NCBI RefSeq assembly: GCF_018350175.1
Contig: NC_058383.1
Span: forward strand, 30,320,001-30,384,000
Reading direction: 5' to 3'
Origin: Felis catus
Taxonomy: Eukaryota
DNA: 64,000 bases
Shown: piece after piece, positions 11,272-24,546 of the stretch
Layout of the letters: each line of letters begins with the position of its first letter
How positions within the stretch are numbered: the first letter of the stretch is position 1
Program-made: the position numbers and the translations under genes
Notes under the pieces: generated by a model
Told to the model about the DNA's origin: nothing
The model's input: the letters and a program-made list of their open reading frames with translations, nothing else
The model's database searches: none

Positions 11272-12964
11272 TCATCTATTCTTCTGATGCGCCTTGGTCA
11301 ATCCAGCAAACTGGGTGTTCTCTCCTTGCCTGGACAAGGACTGCACATGGGGCCCAAGGTAGGCCCATCATCCACCCCGTTGCTGGGATTTAAATCTTGA
11401 GCGACTCACCAATGAAAAATGGTTGAGGTTCAACCATCTCAATGACAGAGCATGCTGAAAAGACCCCTTGGGTTCCAGTTCTCTGAAACTTCCCTGGTCT
11501 CTTTCCTTTCGGAAGTGCGATTCTCTAGCATTTCCCCTGAATCCACAAGCCATCCCCTATTTCGTCCAGTTGATCATTTATTTACATCATCCAGAATTAG
11601 TTTCTGTTGCTTGCAACCCACAAGCCCTGAAAGATCAGGCAAAAGGAGAGACACAGAGACAAGGAGAGAAACTCACAGAACCTAAAGATAAAGCCAGCAT
11701 GCAGATACACTCTCCTGACTTGTATGGAGGACAGCAGACTTATTTTGAAGAAAAAAAAAAAGTGAGTCTGAAATAAATAGCTCAACCAGATGAATTTATT
11801 TCTAGGGAGTGGTAGTGGTAGACTTGTTATATGCATCTCTGGGTATTTTCACAGCTCCATTGTTGGAACGAGCCCCTTTTATTTATTTACACTGAATGAA
11901 AAGAGCAGTATGATAATACACATGAAATAAGGTTTCTGCATATTGTTTTCTTCCCTGATCTTTTTCTCATGTAATTTCATCTAGGGAGCCATTCTGATCC
12001 CTACAGGCAGAGGCTGCAGAAGTGACTGCTCCTGCTGTCCATTCGTTCATTCAGAATTAATTATGGCACCTACTCTGTGCCAGCAAACTTGGGGACGTAC
12101 AGATGAAAAAGTCAGACTCCCTGGGCCCAAAGGTCCTACTTAGTGACTCACCTAAGAAAAACGTCCTAAGCACACCTACTGGGTGTCAGCTAATCCATGG
12201 TCCTGTACTCATGGAGATTAGGGTATAAAGACAAAGGAGGCATGTGCGGGTGTACAGAATGATCAGCAAGGAAATCTATTTTTTTCTGAAGGAGGGAAGT
12301 ACATTTGGCTAATTGATAAGCTTATAAAATATATTTAGTTCAAGAATTTGTAAGGGTTTAATTACGCAGTCATTTAAATTTGGAAATATTCTTTATACAA
12401 CAACAGTAGAGATAGATCCTAATTGAAGAGAGTTGAGGGAGCATGTATTGGTGGGTAGGATACATACAGAGGATATAGCTACAGAGCCTTTATATTCTTG
12501 TGAACATAAGAGGAAACTAAACTTCTTGCTGTTCAGTCAAATGAAGGGAAGATATAGTCTACTGAAAACCAAAGAGACTGGGTACCGTTCTTGGTTTTTC
12601 CATTTTTGGAGCATTTTTCCCTTGTTAATTATAATATTAAAAAATCTACGTGCAAGTAAATATGCAATAATTAAGGGCAGAGTAAACCATAGTCTGCTGG
12701 TTCCACCTTGGCAACACTGGGCTAGATCTTGGGAAAGGTTTAAGATGAGGACAAGATGAAAATAATATGGAGAAAGATTTGGGGATTCAATAAACAGGAC
12801 AGACTGAGATCATATTCTTGATTGCATCTTGCATACATATGGTAACTACCTGTGTTTTCCCCCATGGTCATGGTTGAAAGCAGCCAAAATAAACCAAATG
12901 CTCACAGATGCACAATATTTCACCTGCCCTGCTTGTCACCATCATTGCATAGGGGGAGTCCTAG

Positions 12965-13120
12965 ACAGAGCTTCTCAAATGTCATTATGCAAATGAATCA
13001 CCTCATTATTAAAATTTATATTCCAGCTCAGTAGGTCTGGGGCAGGCTAGAAATTGCGCATCTCTAACAAGCTCCCAGGTGATGATGACTCCCCAGAACA
13101 TACGTTGAGCAGCAAAGCTT
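12965..13120. mobile_element. MER5-like hAT-Charlie DNA transposon
   Basis: cttctcaaa...gaatcacct...tcagtaggtctgggg...tctaacaagctcccaggtgatg. Confidence 0.75.
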
Positions 13121-13589
13121 GGAGTAGACTGAACTCATTATCCTAAAGACTGTCGTCAGCCCTCCTTCTTAGCTACTCCTGCTGTCTCTTGCTGCTGCCA
13201 AACAGGGTCAAGTCTGCCACAAAAGTGAAGGATGGGGACAACGGTCACCATGCACAAGAAGCAGTGACAGAGTGGAAAATCCTGAGTCTTTCTTGGGGTA
13301 TCTAGGAACACTAACCGGGACAAGCTCACACTTGAAGGGTGAGTAAAAGTTTGCCAAGCCAACAAGGAAGGGGATGGCAGTACATGGAGAGGAGTCAGCA
13401 TGAGCAAAGACATGGAGCTATAACAAATGTAGCATATTTGAAGAACTACTGAAGGGCCAATGTGGGGGAAGAGTAAAGTTCTACTTTCAAAGGAAAAACC
13501 AAAGAGCAGGGCTTCTTCCGAATTCAATCTTGGCCACAGGTGACACCAGAAAAATATGTCTGGTTGGGGGGAAAAAAAGATATTCTGAA

Positions 13590-13795
13590 GACTACTGAGT
13601 GTTTTCTACATGCTATGCTCTTTTCATGACTCTATCTTTTGGACATCACAACAATCCCCATTTTAGAGTTGGGGAAAGTGAGGCTTAGAGAAGCCAAGGA
13701 ACTTCTCCAAGGCCAAAGAGCTAAAAGATGAAGGAGCCGGAATGTGACTCACTGTAACCTGATTCTAGGCACCATATACTTAACCACCCTGCAAT
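13590..13795 (-). mobile_element. MIR SINE
   Basis: ccccattttagagttggggaaagtgaggcttagagaag...ccaaggcca. Confidence 0.65.
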
Positions 13796-14260
13796 ACTGC
13801 CCCTCACCTGGTGATGCAGCGGCCACATCATCCCTGCCAGTAGGTAGACTCTGGAAACCCTCTGTGACCCCATGCCCAGTGAGTATGAACAGCAGAGCCC
13901 ACGGCGTTGAACCACAGTCTCTCCACATGGGCCCCTCATCTCCATTCCCAGCTGCCCTTCAACACTCATGCTTGGAACTTGAGCCTGATCACCTGGAGTC
14001 CACACTCTTTCCCCCAGATATCTGACTCACATCAAGAGAGCTTGGGAAGCAGTGTGTGGCAACAACAGACCATTTTTCATGTTGTGGTCTGGGCTTCACT
14101 GTGTTCAGGAAGCTCATCGAATGGGCTGAGGGCATCACTTTCCCCCAAATATTCTATCCCTTAGCCAGAACAGTAAATATCCCTTTGCCTAGAACACCTG
14201 CTGCTGCTGCTGGTGGATGAAAGGGCCTTACACTCCCATTACCAAGGGTAGAGCGGGCAC

Positions 14261-14356
14261 TGACGTCAGAAGTCAGAGCTGTTTGAGTTACATAATCCCG
14301 GAAGCTGCCTGAGCATGGAATAAGGCCATATTTAACCTCAGGGGAGCTAAAAATAG
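14261..14356. promoter_or_regulatory. Candidate enhancer: CRE, D-box, ETS and MEF2 motif cluster
   Basis: TGACGTCA 14261-14268; GTTACATAAT 14287-14296; CCGGAAG 14298-14304; CTAAAAATAG 14347-14356; function is inferred. Confidence 0.45.
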
Positions 14357-14499
14357 GCAAATAGAATTTTATTTTCCCATAAAAATTTTAAACTTTAAAT
14401 AATATTTTTTTAGTGGTCCTAGACAAAGATTGCACTCAGCCCCGGGCAATGTTTTCACTGTTGACTTAGGATTCCCAGGAAATAAGTATGGTACATACA

Positions 14500-15095
14500 C
14501 ATGGTAAAATCATGGCATAAGTATATATGCATATATGTGAGCAAACGAGGGTGCATGCGTGTGTGTGTATGGGGTATGCACGTGTAGGTAAATATAGCTA
14601 GAAATGTGGCTGTGGATGCACGTAGAAACATAGATATAGGTATAAATAGAATATGGGCTGTGTTTGCTGTGGAGAGGTGGTAGAGGAAGGTATATGTAAC
14701 TTGGGTGAGAAGGTGAGTATGAAATGTGTGTGTTTGGGGAGTGGGAAGGTTTTGATGCAGGTGTGTAGTGTATTTCTGTGGCTGAAAGCATGAATTGTAT
14801 GGCTTTGTTGCAGAAACGACATGGTATGTGTGCTTGCAGGGGTGTGTAAGGGTGTGTGAGCATAAGGCATTACATCTGCTCTAGCCTATGTGAGTGTATG
14901 GTGCATATATTTCAGTGAGTGTGGGGAATGTGTGTTTGTGTGTATTCAGATAGTGTGGGGATGGGTGGGAAATGTGTGTTGACAGTGTGCATGTGTGGGC
15001 AGCACCAGAACTCTAAGTTGAGCACGCAGGTGGGTGCTGGAAGGGGTGTGTGCCTATTTGCGTGTGTGTGCGCACGCACGCATGCACACGACAGC
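14500..15095. repeat. Degenerate TG-rich low-complexity tract
   Basis: Long interrupted gtgtgt/tatgtg repeats. Confidence 0.75.
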
Positions 15096-15873
15096 TGCTG
15101 ACATAGGAAAAGATGGTCACAGACTCTTGAGCACACCTTTCTAATGTTTAGAACATCCTAGGTCCTCCTCCAACATATTTCCAGAGACCTATTTGAAGGT
15201 GTTCTCCAGAAGGCTAACTCACTGCTCTCCTTTGTCCCTCTGGGACTCCAACTCTTGATTACCCCCTTTGACTAGGCATGAAGTAATTTGGAGAAATTAG
15301 CATTTCTTGGTACATATGGGCTTCTCTCAAACTCTGGTCTGTAGGCAAAGATTTTCCCACCTAATGGAGACGGTCAAAACAAACGCAATGCCAAATGTGC
15401 CCTGAGCAGAAATAACATACAATTAAAGCTCAGTTCACATTTTCCCACAAAAATTAAGACATAGTGTGGCTCAGAAGAAATTCTCTGGCTTTAGGGTTTC
15501 TAGTTTCTGCTCTGTCACTATTCTGGGGTCTGGCCTTAGGCAAACCTTTCCTCTTCTTGGTTCTAGAATCATCTTAATTTTAACTATTCCAACCCTTTTT
15601 AATGTGTTTAACAACTTTTCACTGACTTCCTATAGCCCCCAGATAGTATCCAATTTCCTTAGCATGCCATTCAAGACACTCCATGATCTGACTGTACTAG
15701 TTTCTCATTCCCTGCCTCTTCTCACCATATCTTCTAGGCTCTGACTGTTCCTCAGAGGCAATATAACCTCCTCAAAGAAACACAGGTTGCTGTCCGTTGT
15801 GCTGAGTAAGTCCAACTAGGCTGTCTTCCCCCTGTAGACACATCAAGGACCAGGAAGGACGTATCTTACCATA

Positions 15874-15915
15874 TTCATTCATTCAATCATTCATTCATTC
15901 ATTCATTCATTCATT
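15874..15915. repeat. (TTCA)n, the tail of an antisense L2 fragment
   Basis: attcattcattc followed by aaatatttg. Confidence 0.8.
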
Positions 15916-17704
15916 ATTAATTCAAAATATTTGGGGGCAATTAATAAATTCCAGAAACTCAACTAGCTTCTAAAATGCAGTAGCCAGCCAAAAAGACACA
16001 TATTTTGCCCTTGTAAAGCTTATATATTAAAATTGACAGAAATCAGACTTTTGTCCAGAAAGTTGGTCCCATTACCTGCGCGTGAATCTGAAGTGAAAGG
16101 AAGTTTCAGGGAAAGATCCCACCCATCAAGTTGGTATCTCAATAGTAATGGCTAAGAGCATGAGTTCAAGATTAGGCACACCTATGCTTAAATTCTGACT
16201 CTGACACGCTGTCTCATTGTAAGAGCTCAAAAAATGTTGGCTTTAAGAAGTACATACCTAACTTCCTCCCAGAGGACTTGGATAATAACCCTTTCATTTC
16301 CTGAATGCAGCAATTTTGACTTCAGTTAAGAGCCTTGTCCATTGGGCTGAGGTTTCCAGTGTCTTCTCAAGTCAAGTAACTGTAAATTTCTCATGATATA
16401 CTAGGATGTAACTCTGTAAGATCAGCAATGTTTCCTATGTTGTGTGTGCTGATAAAACTTCAGTGTCTAGAACAGTTTCTGACACAGAGTAGGTTATTTT
16501 CAGTAATTTATTTGTTAGGAAAATGAATACTGTGCCTGTCAGCAGACTGCAGAAATCGATCTGTCCAATCATTACTATTATTGACAACTGCCACTTTATA
16601 CCTAAACCATGAAATGCGTTCCACACTGCACCTTTAATTCTCTCAATAAAATCATGAAGCGGGTCTGATTATTCCATTTTATAGTCGTGCAAGCTAAGTA
16701 ATCTTAGACCTGGTGAAGTTAAAACTTGCCCAAGTCCACATGATTGCTAAGTGACACAAGTGGAATGTGAACTCAAGGTTGGTTCCAATACTGGACTATG
16801 CTGCAATCCAGGCACCCCTTTGGCTTCTTGGGGAGAAGCAGAGAATCTCCTTTCCCTCTCATCCCTCTGATGGAGAATCCAAACTAGACAGTGAAGAACA
16901 CGGGCAAAGAGACTGGCATTAAGGAAACAATAGAGCTGAAGACACTGCATGGTCAATAACTGCTGAAAAATCATGGCACTAATTAAGAAAGATGCTCCTT
17001 GTTCTGCCAAAAGCTCTATCTTCTTGCAGGGATCAATAAATCAAAAATAATTGTTTACTTTGTCTAGGCTCCCTGCCTTCTCTTCTGCCTGTGTTTTTTC
17101 TTTCATTCTTTGTGTAATGTGAAAGTTGATGAAGGAGCCTCATTTTCACTAATGAAAGAAACTTAATTTTTTCAACACTATATCCCTCATTAAGAAGAGC
17201 AAAATCTACTTAGTGAGGGTTCTGCTTCCTCCCATTTGTCCAAACCAAGGCCCAAGATCAGTAGAAGGCCAGTTTTCACATGCAATCTGAGCTCCCATTA
17301 AATCTATTGTTTCACCAAGGGCATTTAATGACAGACGGTTAACAGTCACTAAAATGACAGCAGCACTTGCCTCGTTTTTTGTTTATCTTGCCACTCTCAC
17401 CCCCAGTAGTGTATGCAAGGCCAACAGTGATGTGGCCCCAGAGAACCTGGAATCAAGAAACTAGGTTATCCACTGAATATAAGATGGTAGAGGTAAATAA
17501 CATCAACTTAAAGGAGTAGTAAGGAGAAAACAGTCTCCCATGCTGGGACATAACAGTAGATCCATCCATTAGCAGAATTCCTGTCCAGCCACAAGAAGAG
17601 TAAAGGAAGAAGACATCCGTCATGCCACTCCAAGGTCTGTGCAAGACATGTCCAGGACTATGCTACCAACTTAAATATGTTTTCTGATACATGTAGTAAG
17701 TCAA

Positions 17705-17905
17705 CTGATAATACTGATAAATGTTTAACAATCAGATTTCTGGGGGAGAAAAAAAAAGCAGTAATTTGTAACATTTGCCAATTATCATGGTGTAAATATT
17801 CTCAGCATGCCCAACTGCAAGCCACCAACAGGAATGTTGGATTTGGGAAAAGACATGTACAATTGATCCTTGTAGGTCAAAACAAGCACACTCCAGCATC
17901 CCCGG
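17705..17905. mobile_element. MER63-like hAT-Blackjack DNA transposon
   Basis: ctgataaatgtttaacaa...atttgtaacatttgccaatt...ggtgtaaatattctc...tgggaaaagacatgtaca...ctccagca. Confidence 0.7.
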
Positions 17906-19494
17906 TGGTACCACTGAAGGAATATTTTGACTATAATTTAGCTTCCCATGTGGTGTGACCCACAGAAGAGATTTCATTCATCTACCCCAACGCTGTCTGC
18001 TTGATGGCCAACTCTCTCTTTCAGTGGCAATAGATATATTTTTATGATGGTTTATACATCAATCTAGTGGGAGTCAATTGCTGGAGCCAGGTCACATCAA
18101 GAGGGACAGCCAATAAGGCTGGGGAGCACAGCTAGAGCACGGTGACCAGACCAGAGCTGGCCCACTGGGGACCAGTGCAGCTGCTTACTGGTCTTCCCTG
18201 TGTCATGTGTGAAGTTCTTATCACACTCTGTTGTAACAGTTTGAATTCCAGAAGGAGAAGTATGGAAACATATTTATCCTACGCACACTGTGCTGTTAGG
18301 CTGAAAATGTCCACTAATACATTAAGTGAGTAGGCTAATTGGAATAGAAGAAACATCTACTGAGGACCTTTCCTCAGCTCCATATGCTCTTAAGTTCATC
18401 CCCACTAACTTGACTATATCTTCTCCCTTAAAAAATATAAAAAGGGGAATTAGGGAAAAGCCTTACAGCCCCTGTGACATACTGTATAGCATCCTGAATA
18501 ATGTTCCCTCTAAAAAAAAAATTCCTAAACAGTATACTAACATGCTTTAACTTGCTTCAAAATAGGAAGGTCCCTGCATTGCCATGGAAATGTCCCTCCC
18601 TCGGTGAAATAGTGACATGATAAAAAATAGCATTAAATCTGGGGTCAAAAAAAGGCAGAGGTGAGCCAGGTGATGGACCATCAAAAGGATGATTTGATAA
18701 TGCATCGTCTGCAGTCTTCATAGGCAGGGCAAGATAACTATGCACAGCTCTAATATCAAGACTTGGAGCCTAAGTATTATAGACTAATGGTCTCTATTTG
18801 CAAAGTTTCCACTGCAGCTGGCCAAAGAGTTATAGTCATAAATTAGGTTATGATTACATGTATTTACCTGGACTGTGAAAACCAAGTGGAGCCAAGCGGA
18901 GCTCAGAAGCTGCAGTTAAACTGCCTGGCTCAGGCAGTATGGTTTGGGGGACTCAAATTCTCTAGCTACAGAAGGGAATGTGTAGGCTGTTACTGACGTG
19001 GACTCAGGGAAGACCTAACAAGTACTTGTGGCTATGCCACTCGGCCTGGCCATGCTAGACACCCCATTATCTATCACAATTATAATGACCCTTGGACTCC
19101 CATTTCACCCAGTCCACATCCAGAGAGGAAAGACCTAGAGCCAGACCCAGCATAGCTTTCTCCAACTGGTATGGGTTCATGGATGAGGCTCAGAAACGTT
19201 TCCAGCATGGGGATGCTGGAACTTTATTTCAGGTAGAATAGAAAGCCATGTTTATTTCAACTGGTATGGTGGGGAATCATTCTACCATCTGAGTTAATTT
19301 CCTGCTTCAGCAAGGATGACCTACGGACAGGTCCCTTCACAGTTATCAATGTGAACTGTCATCCTTAATGTCCAGTATTATAGCTACTAAGGAGAGGGCA
19401 GTCATGGGGAAGTACCAACCAGCCACCACATTTTTAGACAAATCCCCATGACTTGCCTATTGTCTTACTTGACTAACAAGTGATGGCAATATTA

Positions 19495-19595
19495 ATTAAG
19501 ACTATGAAATGGGAAACTGGGGAGAGAGGTACATAGAAGCTCTCTGTAGTATCTCTGAAACTTTTCTGTAAGTGTAAACTATTCTTAAGTAAAAC
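19495..19595 (+). mobile_element. Old L1 (L1MC/MD-like) 3' end
   Basis: gggaaactggg...gctctctgtagtatctctgaaacttttctgtaagtgtaaactattctt. Confidence 0.7.
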
Positions 19596-19999
19596 ACTTG
19601 GAAACAAAAGACTATTACGTAATTTCCGGTCCATTGAGATTTTGCTTAGGGTTCCAGATGTCATGTGGCCCACAAAATGATTGCTCTCGTGGGCAAGTCT
19701 GGATTTGACTATCCTGTTGAAAACTCACTGTGGGTATTGTTTCCACTATATCAAAAAATGCATAGTAAAAAGACTAGAAAATAAGCAGTTGCTGCCTTTG
19801 GACCATGGGCTTCCATTGGTAAGATGTTTTGTTTTGTTTTTGTATCTCTTTGATTTCTGTCTCCTAAAATTTCCACCATGACTTTTGAGGGAAATCAGAT
19901 TTGCAAATAGGCTTCATCTACAAAGTAAAGCTTCTCGGTGTAATATAACAGAGCCTTCAGGGGCTGGTCCTGCCCCTGTGATTTCATCATCCCCAACTC

Positions 20000-20430
20000 C
20001 ACCTCCTTCTGGAGATGACAGTTATTTTTCGATACTTCTAAATGCCCCTACGTGTAACACACATGTCCTGTGGCCTCACAACTCGGAATCTTCATACATC
20101 TAGTCCTACAACTTCAAATGCCTCACCTCCTCCCCAGTCTAATTCTGGGAGGTTTCCTTCAAAACCTAGCTACGACCTTTCTTGGGAAAGCCTCCCCAAT
20201 GCCAGCAAGCCTCCCTACAGCGTTCATGCTCTCCCCTCACTGCCATGCACAGGTTTCTGTCATTGCACTGCTGACACTGATAGGTATTGATGCGTTTGCA
20301 TGTTCAGCCTGACTACAACATCACTGAGGGCAAGATAGCGTGTGATGTATTACTACAGTCCCATGGCTATTACAGCATCTGGCATATGGAACTCACTGTA
20401 ATGAATCTTTGTTGGGTGGATAGTGAATGG
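20000..20430 (+). mobile_element. L2 fragment
   Basis: gactacaacatcactgagggcaag...catctggcatatggaactcact...gttgggtgga resembles the L2 3' end. Confidence 0.55.
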
Positions 20431-20969
20431 ACCCATGAGATGTTTGCTTACCCCCAGAAGAGAGCATTATTGACCTATAAAAGAAAAAAGCTTGACCAAC
20501 AGCCAAGAGCCAAAACAGAAAGACAGAGCCAAGCTGGGAAGTAGGGTGAGAAGTGGACAGAACCATGGCAAAGGGTACAAGGATACAGACGACCAGGAGC
20601 CTCACTCATCTGAATCAGAGCCAATATGAGTGAGTCTGAGCCTCAAGGGTTTTCCTTTCTGAGGCCCTGGGGTAAGAGCTTTAAAGTTGTCTTGCTGTGA
20701 GGTGCCAAACAAGACATTCTAACCTGACTTGTCTTGTTTACTCATATGATCCTTAAATTATTGGGAACAAAATGCTTATCAGAGATCATCAAATCCAGTG
20801 GTCTGTAAACTGCAGGAATTTGGGATTCTACAGAATTGTTTCAAAGACAGAGCAAGTGGAAGAGGCTGGTGGTGCAGGCACACCAAGTGGGGCAGCTCCA
20901 TTGGTGACTGGCTTACAAAGTGGCACCCACACAAGATTCCTGAAGAAATGGTTATGCTGATAACACAAA

Positions 20970-21485
20970 GGGAAGTGGGGGGGGAAAGGGGAAAGAGAAG
21001 GAAGGAAGGAAGGAAGGAAGGAAGGAAGGAAGGAAGGAAGGAAGGAAGGAAGGAAGGAAGGAAGGAAGGAAAGAAATAGGGGGGAAGCTTGGGAGCGGGG
21101 AGATGAAGGTTGAGAAGGAAGGGAAAGGAAGAGAGGAGACAGGGAGATGAAGGGAGGAAGGAACAAAACCAAAAAAGGAGGGAGGGAGAGAGGAAATTAG
21201 AAAGGAAAGGAAGGAAAGGAGGAAAGAATGAAGGAAAGAGGGAGGGAGAGAAGGAGAAAGGAAGGGAAGGGAAAGGGAAAGGGAAAGGGAAAGGGAAAGG
21301 GAAAGGGAAAGGGAAAGGGAAAGGGAAAGGGAAGGGACGGGACGGGACGGGACGGGAAGGGAAGGGAAGGGAAGGGAAGGGAAGGGAAGGGAAGGGAAGG
21401 GAAGGGAAGGAAGCAGGAAGGGGGGAGGAAGGGAGGAGGTTGATGGAGGGAACAAAGTTAAGGAAGAGAAACAAAATAAGGAAGA
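20970..21485. repeat. Compound polypurine repeat (GGAA)n-(GGGAAA)n-(GGGAC)n-(GGGAA)n
   Basis: Directly visible. Confidence 0.95.
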
Positions 21486-21718
21486 AAACAAACTACTAAT
21501 AACATCCAAACCTATCATAAGAAAATGAAGTCAGGAGAGGAGAATTTCTGAGGTCACTGTGGAAGGAAACATTACTTTCACAATGATGACTCTAGTCTTC
21601 TAATTCAAACTCAGTACATTTGTTTGAGAACAGAAGTTCCATTAGCTCCATCCACCCCATCCCCACTCCCCTTACCCTGCAATGCAGTAAGGCACCCTAA
21701 TTAAAGCTCCCAGACTGA

Positions 21719-21920
21719 GGGGCACCTGGGTGTCTCATTTGGTTAAGCGACCGACTCTTGATTTCAGCTCAGGTCATTATCCCAGAGTCGTGGGATGAAG
21801 TCCCATATTGGGGCTCCACACTGAGTGTGGAGCCTGCTAAAGATTCTGTCTCTCCCTCTCTCTCTCTGCCCTTCTCCCCTGCTCATGCTCTCTCTCCAAA
21901 ATAATATAAAAAAAAAAAAA
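21719..21920 (+). mobile_element. CAN-SINE (older subtype)
   Basis: ggggcacctgggtg head, CT tract, polyA; degenerate TSD aaagctcc(c/t)ag. Confidence 0.92.
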
Positions 21921-22521
21921 AGCTCCTAGCCCAAGGTGCCAATGAAGCCAAGGTGAAGGTAGGTGTAATAGAATTAAAAACTTCAGGTAGACGATCAGAC
22001 ACTCCAGCCATCTCATGAGGCACTAATCCTGCAAAAAGATATTGCCAAATAGGGAATCCTCATGACCTGCTCCCATGAATGGGGGAAAATGATTCATAAT
22101 TACAGCAGCAATTGTTTGCAGGGAAATAAGAGCTGATGTGTCTGGAAATCCCTTGTCCTCCTAAATGGCTCAAATGCTCCCTTTGTGAGGCGTCCATATT
22201 CCTGAATCAGTGAAAAACTAAAATCCCTCTTCAAAGATCATCCAAGAGAGAACTTGAATAAGACCTGGAGGGATGGTTAGTGGAGTCCAAGGTCTGGAGG
22301 CTACCATATTTGCTCATTCAACGTACACTTCTCTGAGGGCCTCCTCTACACAAGTACTGGCCTAGGAGATGGATATACAGAAGTGAGGATGTGGGGCCGT
22401 GTTCTCAAAAGGTAAGATTACTCTGATTATAATCATGTGATAAGGGAGGGATGTGAGGGAGGGATGATGAGAACCTAACCCACCTCTCCCAGCACAGCAG
22501 AGTAGACAACAGTTCCTGGAC

Positions 22522-22858
22522 CAGAGGTTCTCAACTTTAACTGGCATATGGATTACCAGGGGATCTTGTTCAAGTGCGGGTTCTGATTCAGCAGCTCTGG
22601 GATGGGGTCTCAGATTATGCATGTCAGATGGATCCCAGCTGATGCTTATGCTGCTGTTTGCAGAGAGAGGGCCACTCAAAACACGGTCCATGAAATAGAA
22701 GCATCACAATCATTTATGAGTATGCATAAATGCAAATTCTCAGGCTTTACTACAGACCAACTAAATCAGAATCTCTGACGATAAAGCCCAGAAAGCTGTG
22801 CTCTATCAAATTCTCCAGGTGATTTTTATACATGCTAACATTGGAGAAGCAGCATCCT
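22522..22858. mobile_element. Two adjacent MER5-like hAT elements in opposite orientation
   Basis: cagaggttctcaacttt...ggatcttgtt...ttctgattcagcagctctggg; then aatgcaaattctcagg...aaatcagaatctctg...ctccaggtgattttt. Confidence 0.7.
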
Positions 22859-23627
22859 TGTGCATCTACATAAACTGAGTCCTAAAGAAAGAGGTAAGAC
22901 TGCCAGGTTAACAACTCCACCCAACAGCATCTCGCATGCCTCCAAGTGCAGTTCCAACAAATATTTCTCATTCACTTGGCTAGTTACAAAAGACAGACAT
23001 CACTGCTAAAGCAAAACTCTACCTGATTTCCCACAAACCGAGACAGGCTTGAAAACTCCTGGATGGGAAAGGATACATCCTGCTGATGTTGCCACAAAGA
23101 CGGCAAGCGTGTGCCATGTGTGGCCCCATATGCTCATTCTGTTCCTGTGACAGACATCATTAATCAATCCCTGTTCTCTTTCTTGCTTAACCCAGCCCTG
23201 GTCTCAGAAACCTCAGAGTTTCAGCAAAGTTATGTAAGTTGTCTGCGGTCAAGCAGCTGCTAATAAAGAGTTCGAATTCAAGCCCAGGTCTTTCTGGCTT
23301 GAAACACGGGTCTTTTGCTTGTACAGTCTAATACACAGAGGCATCGCTGATACGGTTGATTAAAAAAAAAAAACCAAGACCACAGAATCGCAAGGGCTTG
23401 AGGACAGTTATTTCTAGGGAGCTCTAACCCTTAAAAGAGCCTGTGGATTCTCTTAAAGGGCCTATCTTAGCCCAGAATCTCTGAGTGTCAGAGGGCCTGG
23501 GATGCAGATTTCAGCTTCTGATGGATCACAAAGGACCTGATCGTGGCCTGGAATATTTACCCCAGGAACACAAAATCCTGAAGAAACAAACCCAAAGGAA
23601 CGATCGTTGCTTTAAATACTCATTCTT

Positions 23628-23840
23628 CAGCCTGGTTTATTTCTCTCAACCCAAGGGACATGTGGCAATGTCTGGGCACATTTTGGGTTATTATAACCAA
23701 AAGAGGGAGAGGATGCTCCTCAATCTAGTGGGGAGAGGCCAGGGATGCCGCTAAACATCCCCAAATGCATGGGACTTCCCTCTCCGCCCAGGGAGTTGCC
23801 AGCCCAAAATGTCACTAATGCCAAAAGCAAGAAACTCTAC
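23628..23840. mobile_element. MER20-like hAT-Charlie element
   Basis: gggacatgtggcaatgtctgg...tctagtggggagaggccagggatgccgctaaacatcc...cccaaaatgtca. Confidence 0.85.
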
Positions 23841-24546
23841 ATCACCGGCACTGGCGGTTAGAAGCAGTCAAGATAAGCAGTCACGCGTTCCCTAAATTTG
23901 GGACTAATGATAATGAAGATCGTGATAAACAGCGGCATCAGCAGTAAACCTCTACTGGATGGCAGACGTTCGCCTAAATGCGTACACACTTCTCACTGTT
24001 CTGGTCCTCATCCAACCACCTTTGAGGCAGGGACTGTTACTAACCCCATTTTACTAATAAGGAAACTGAGGCTCCCAAAGTCACCCAGCTGGTAAGCATC
24101 AGAGCTGCTGTTCCACCACTGCCTGGCCCTAAATATGGATTCTTGACTACTCTGGTGAACTGAAAATCGAGAGGATTTCTGTTCTGGCTTCTAGGTTCAT
24201 TTCTTTAGGAAAGAGAATGCAAGACAGCAAAGTGTTTGCCCTTCTCTGGGTTTTTGTGGAAGGAAGCTATCAGCACTAAAGACTGAGCAGTGACTAGTGT
24301 TTGTAGTGGAAGGGAACAAATGGCAAATCCCTGAGTCTGAGATCAGGTTCTCTCCCCGCCGTAGGGGCTAAGGAGAAAGACTGGTGTACTGGAAGGAACA
24401 TTATGTCAGGAAGCAAGAAACACAGATTTGGGGGCCAGCTGTGACACGAACATGTTGTGGGACTTTGGGCGAGTTACTGAAACTCTCAAGCCTGATTTTT
24501 CCTTTCTGGTATTTTCCATTTTAGCTCTTTCCATGATTGTGTAGAT

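Noticed and set aside
20779..21518. 231-aa and 188-aa ORFs
   Set aside because: Translation of the compound purine repeat.
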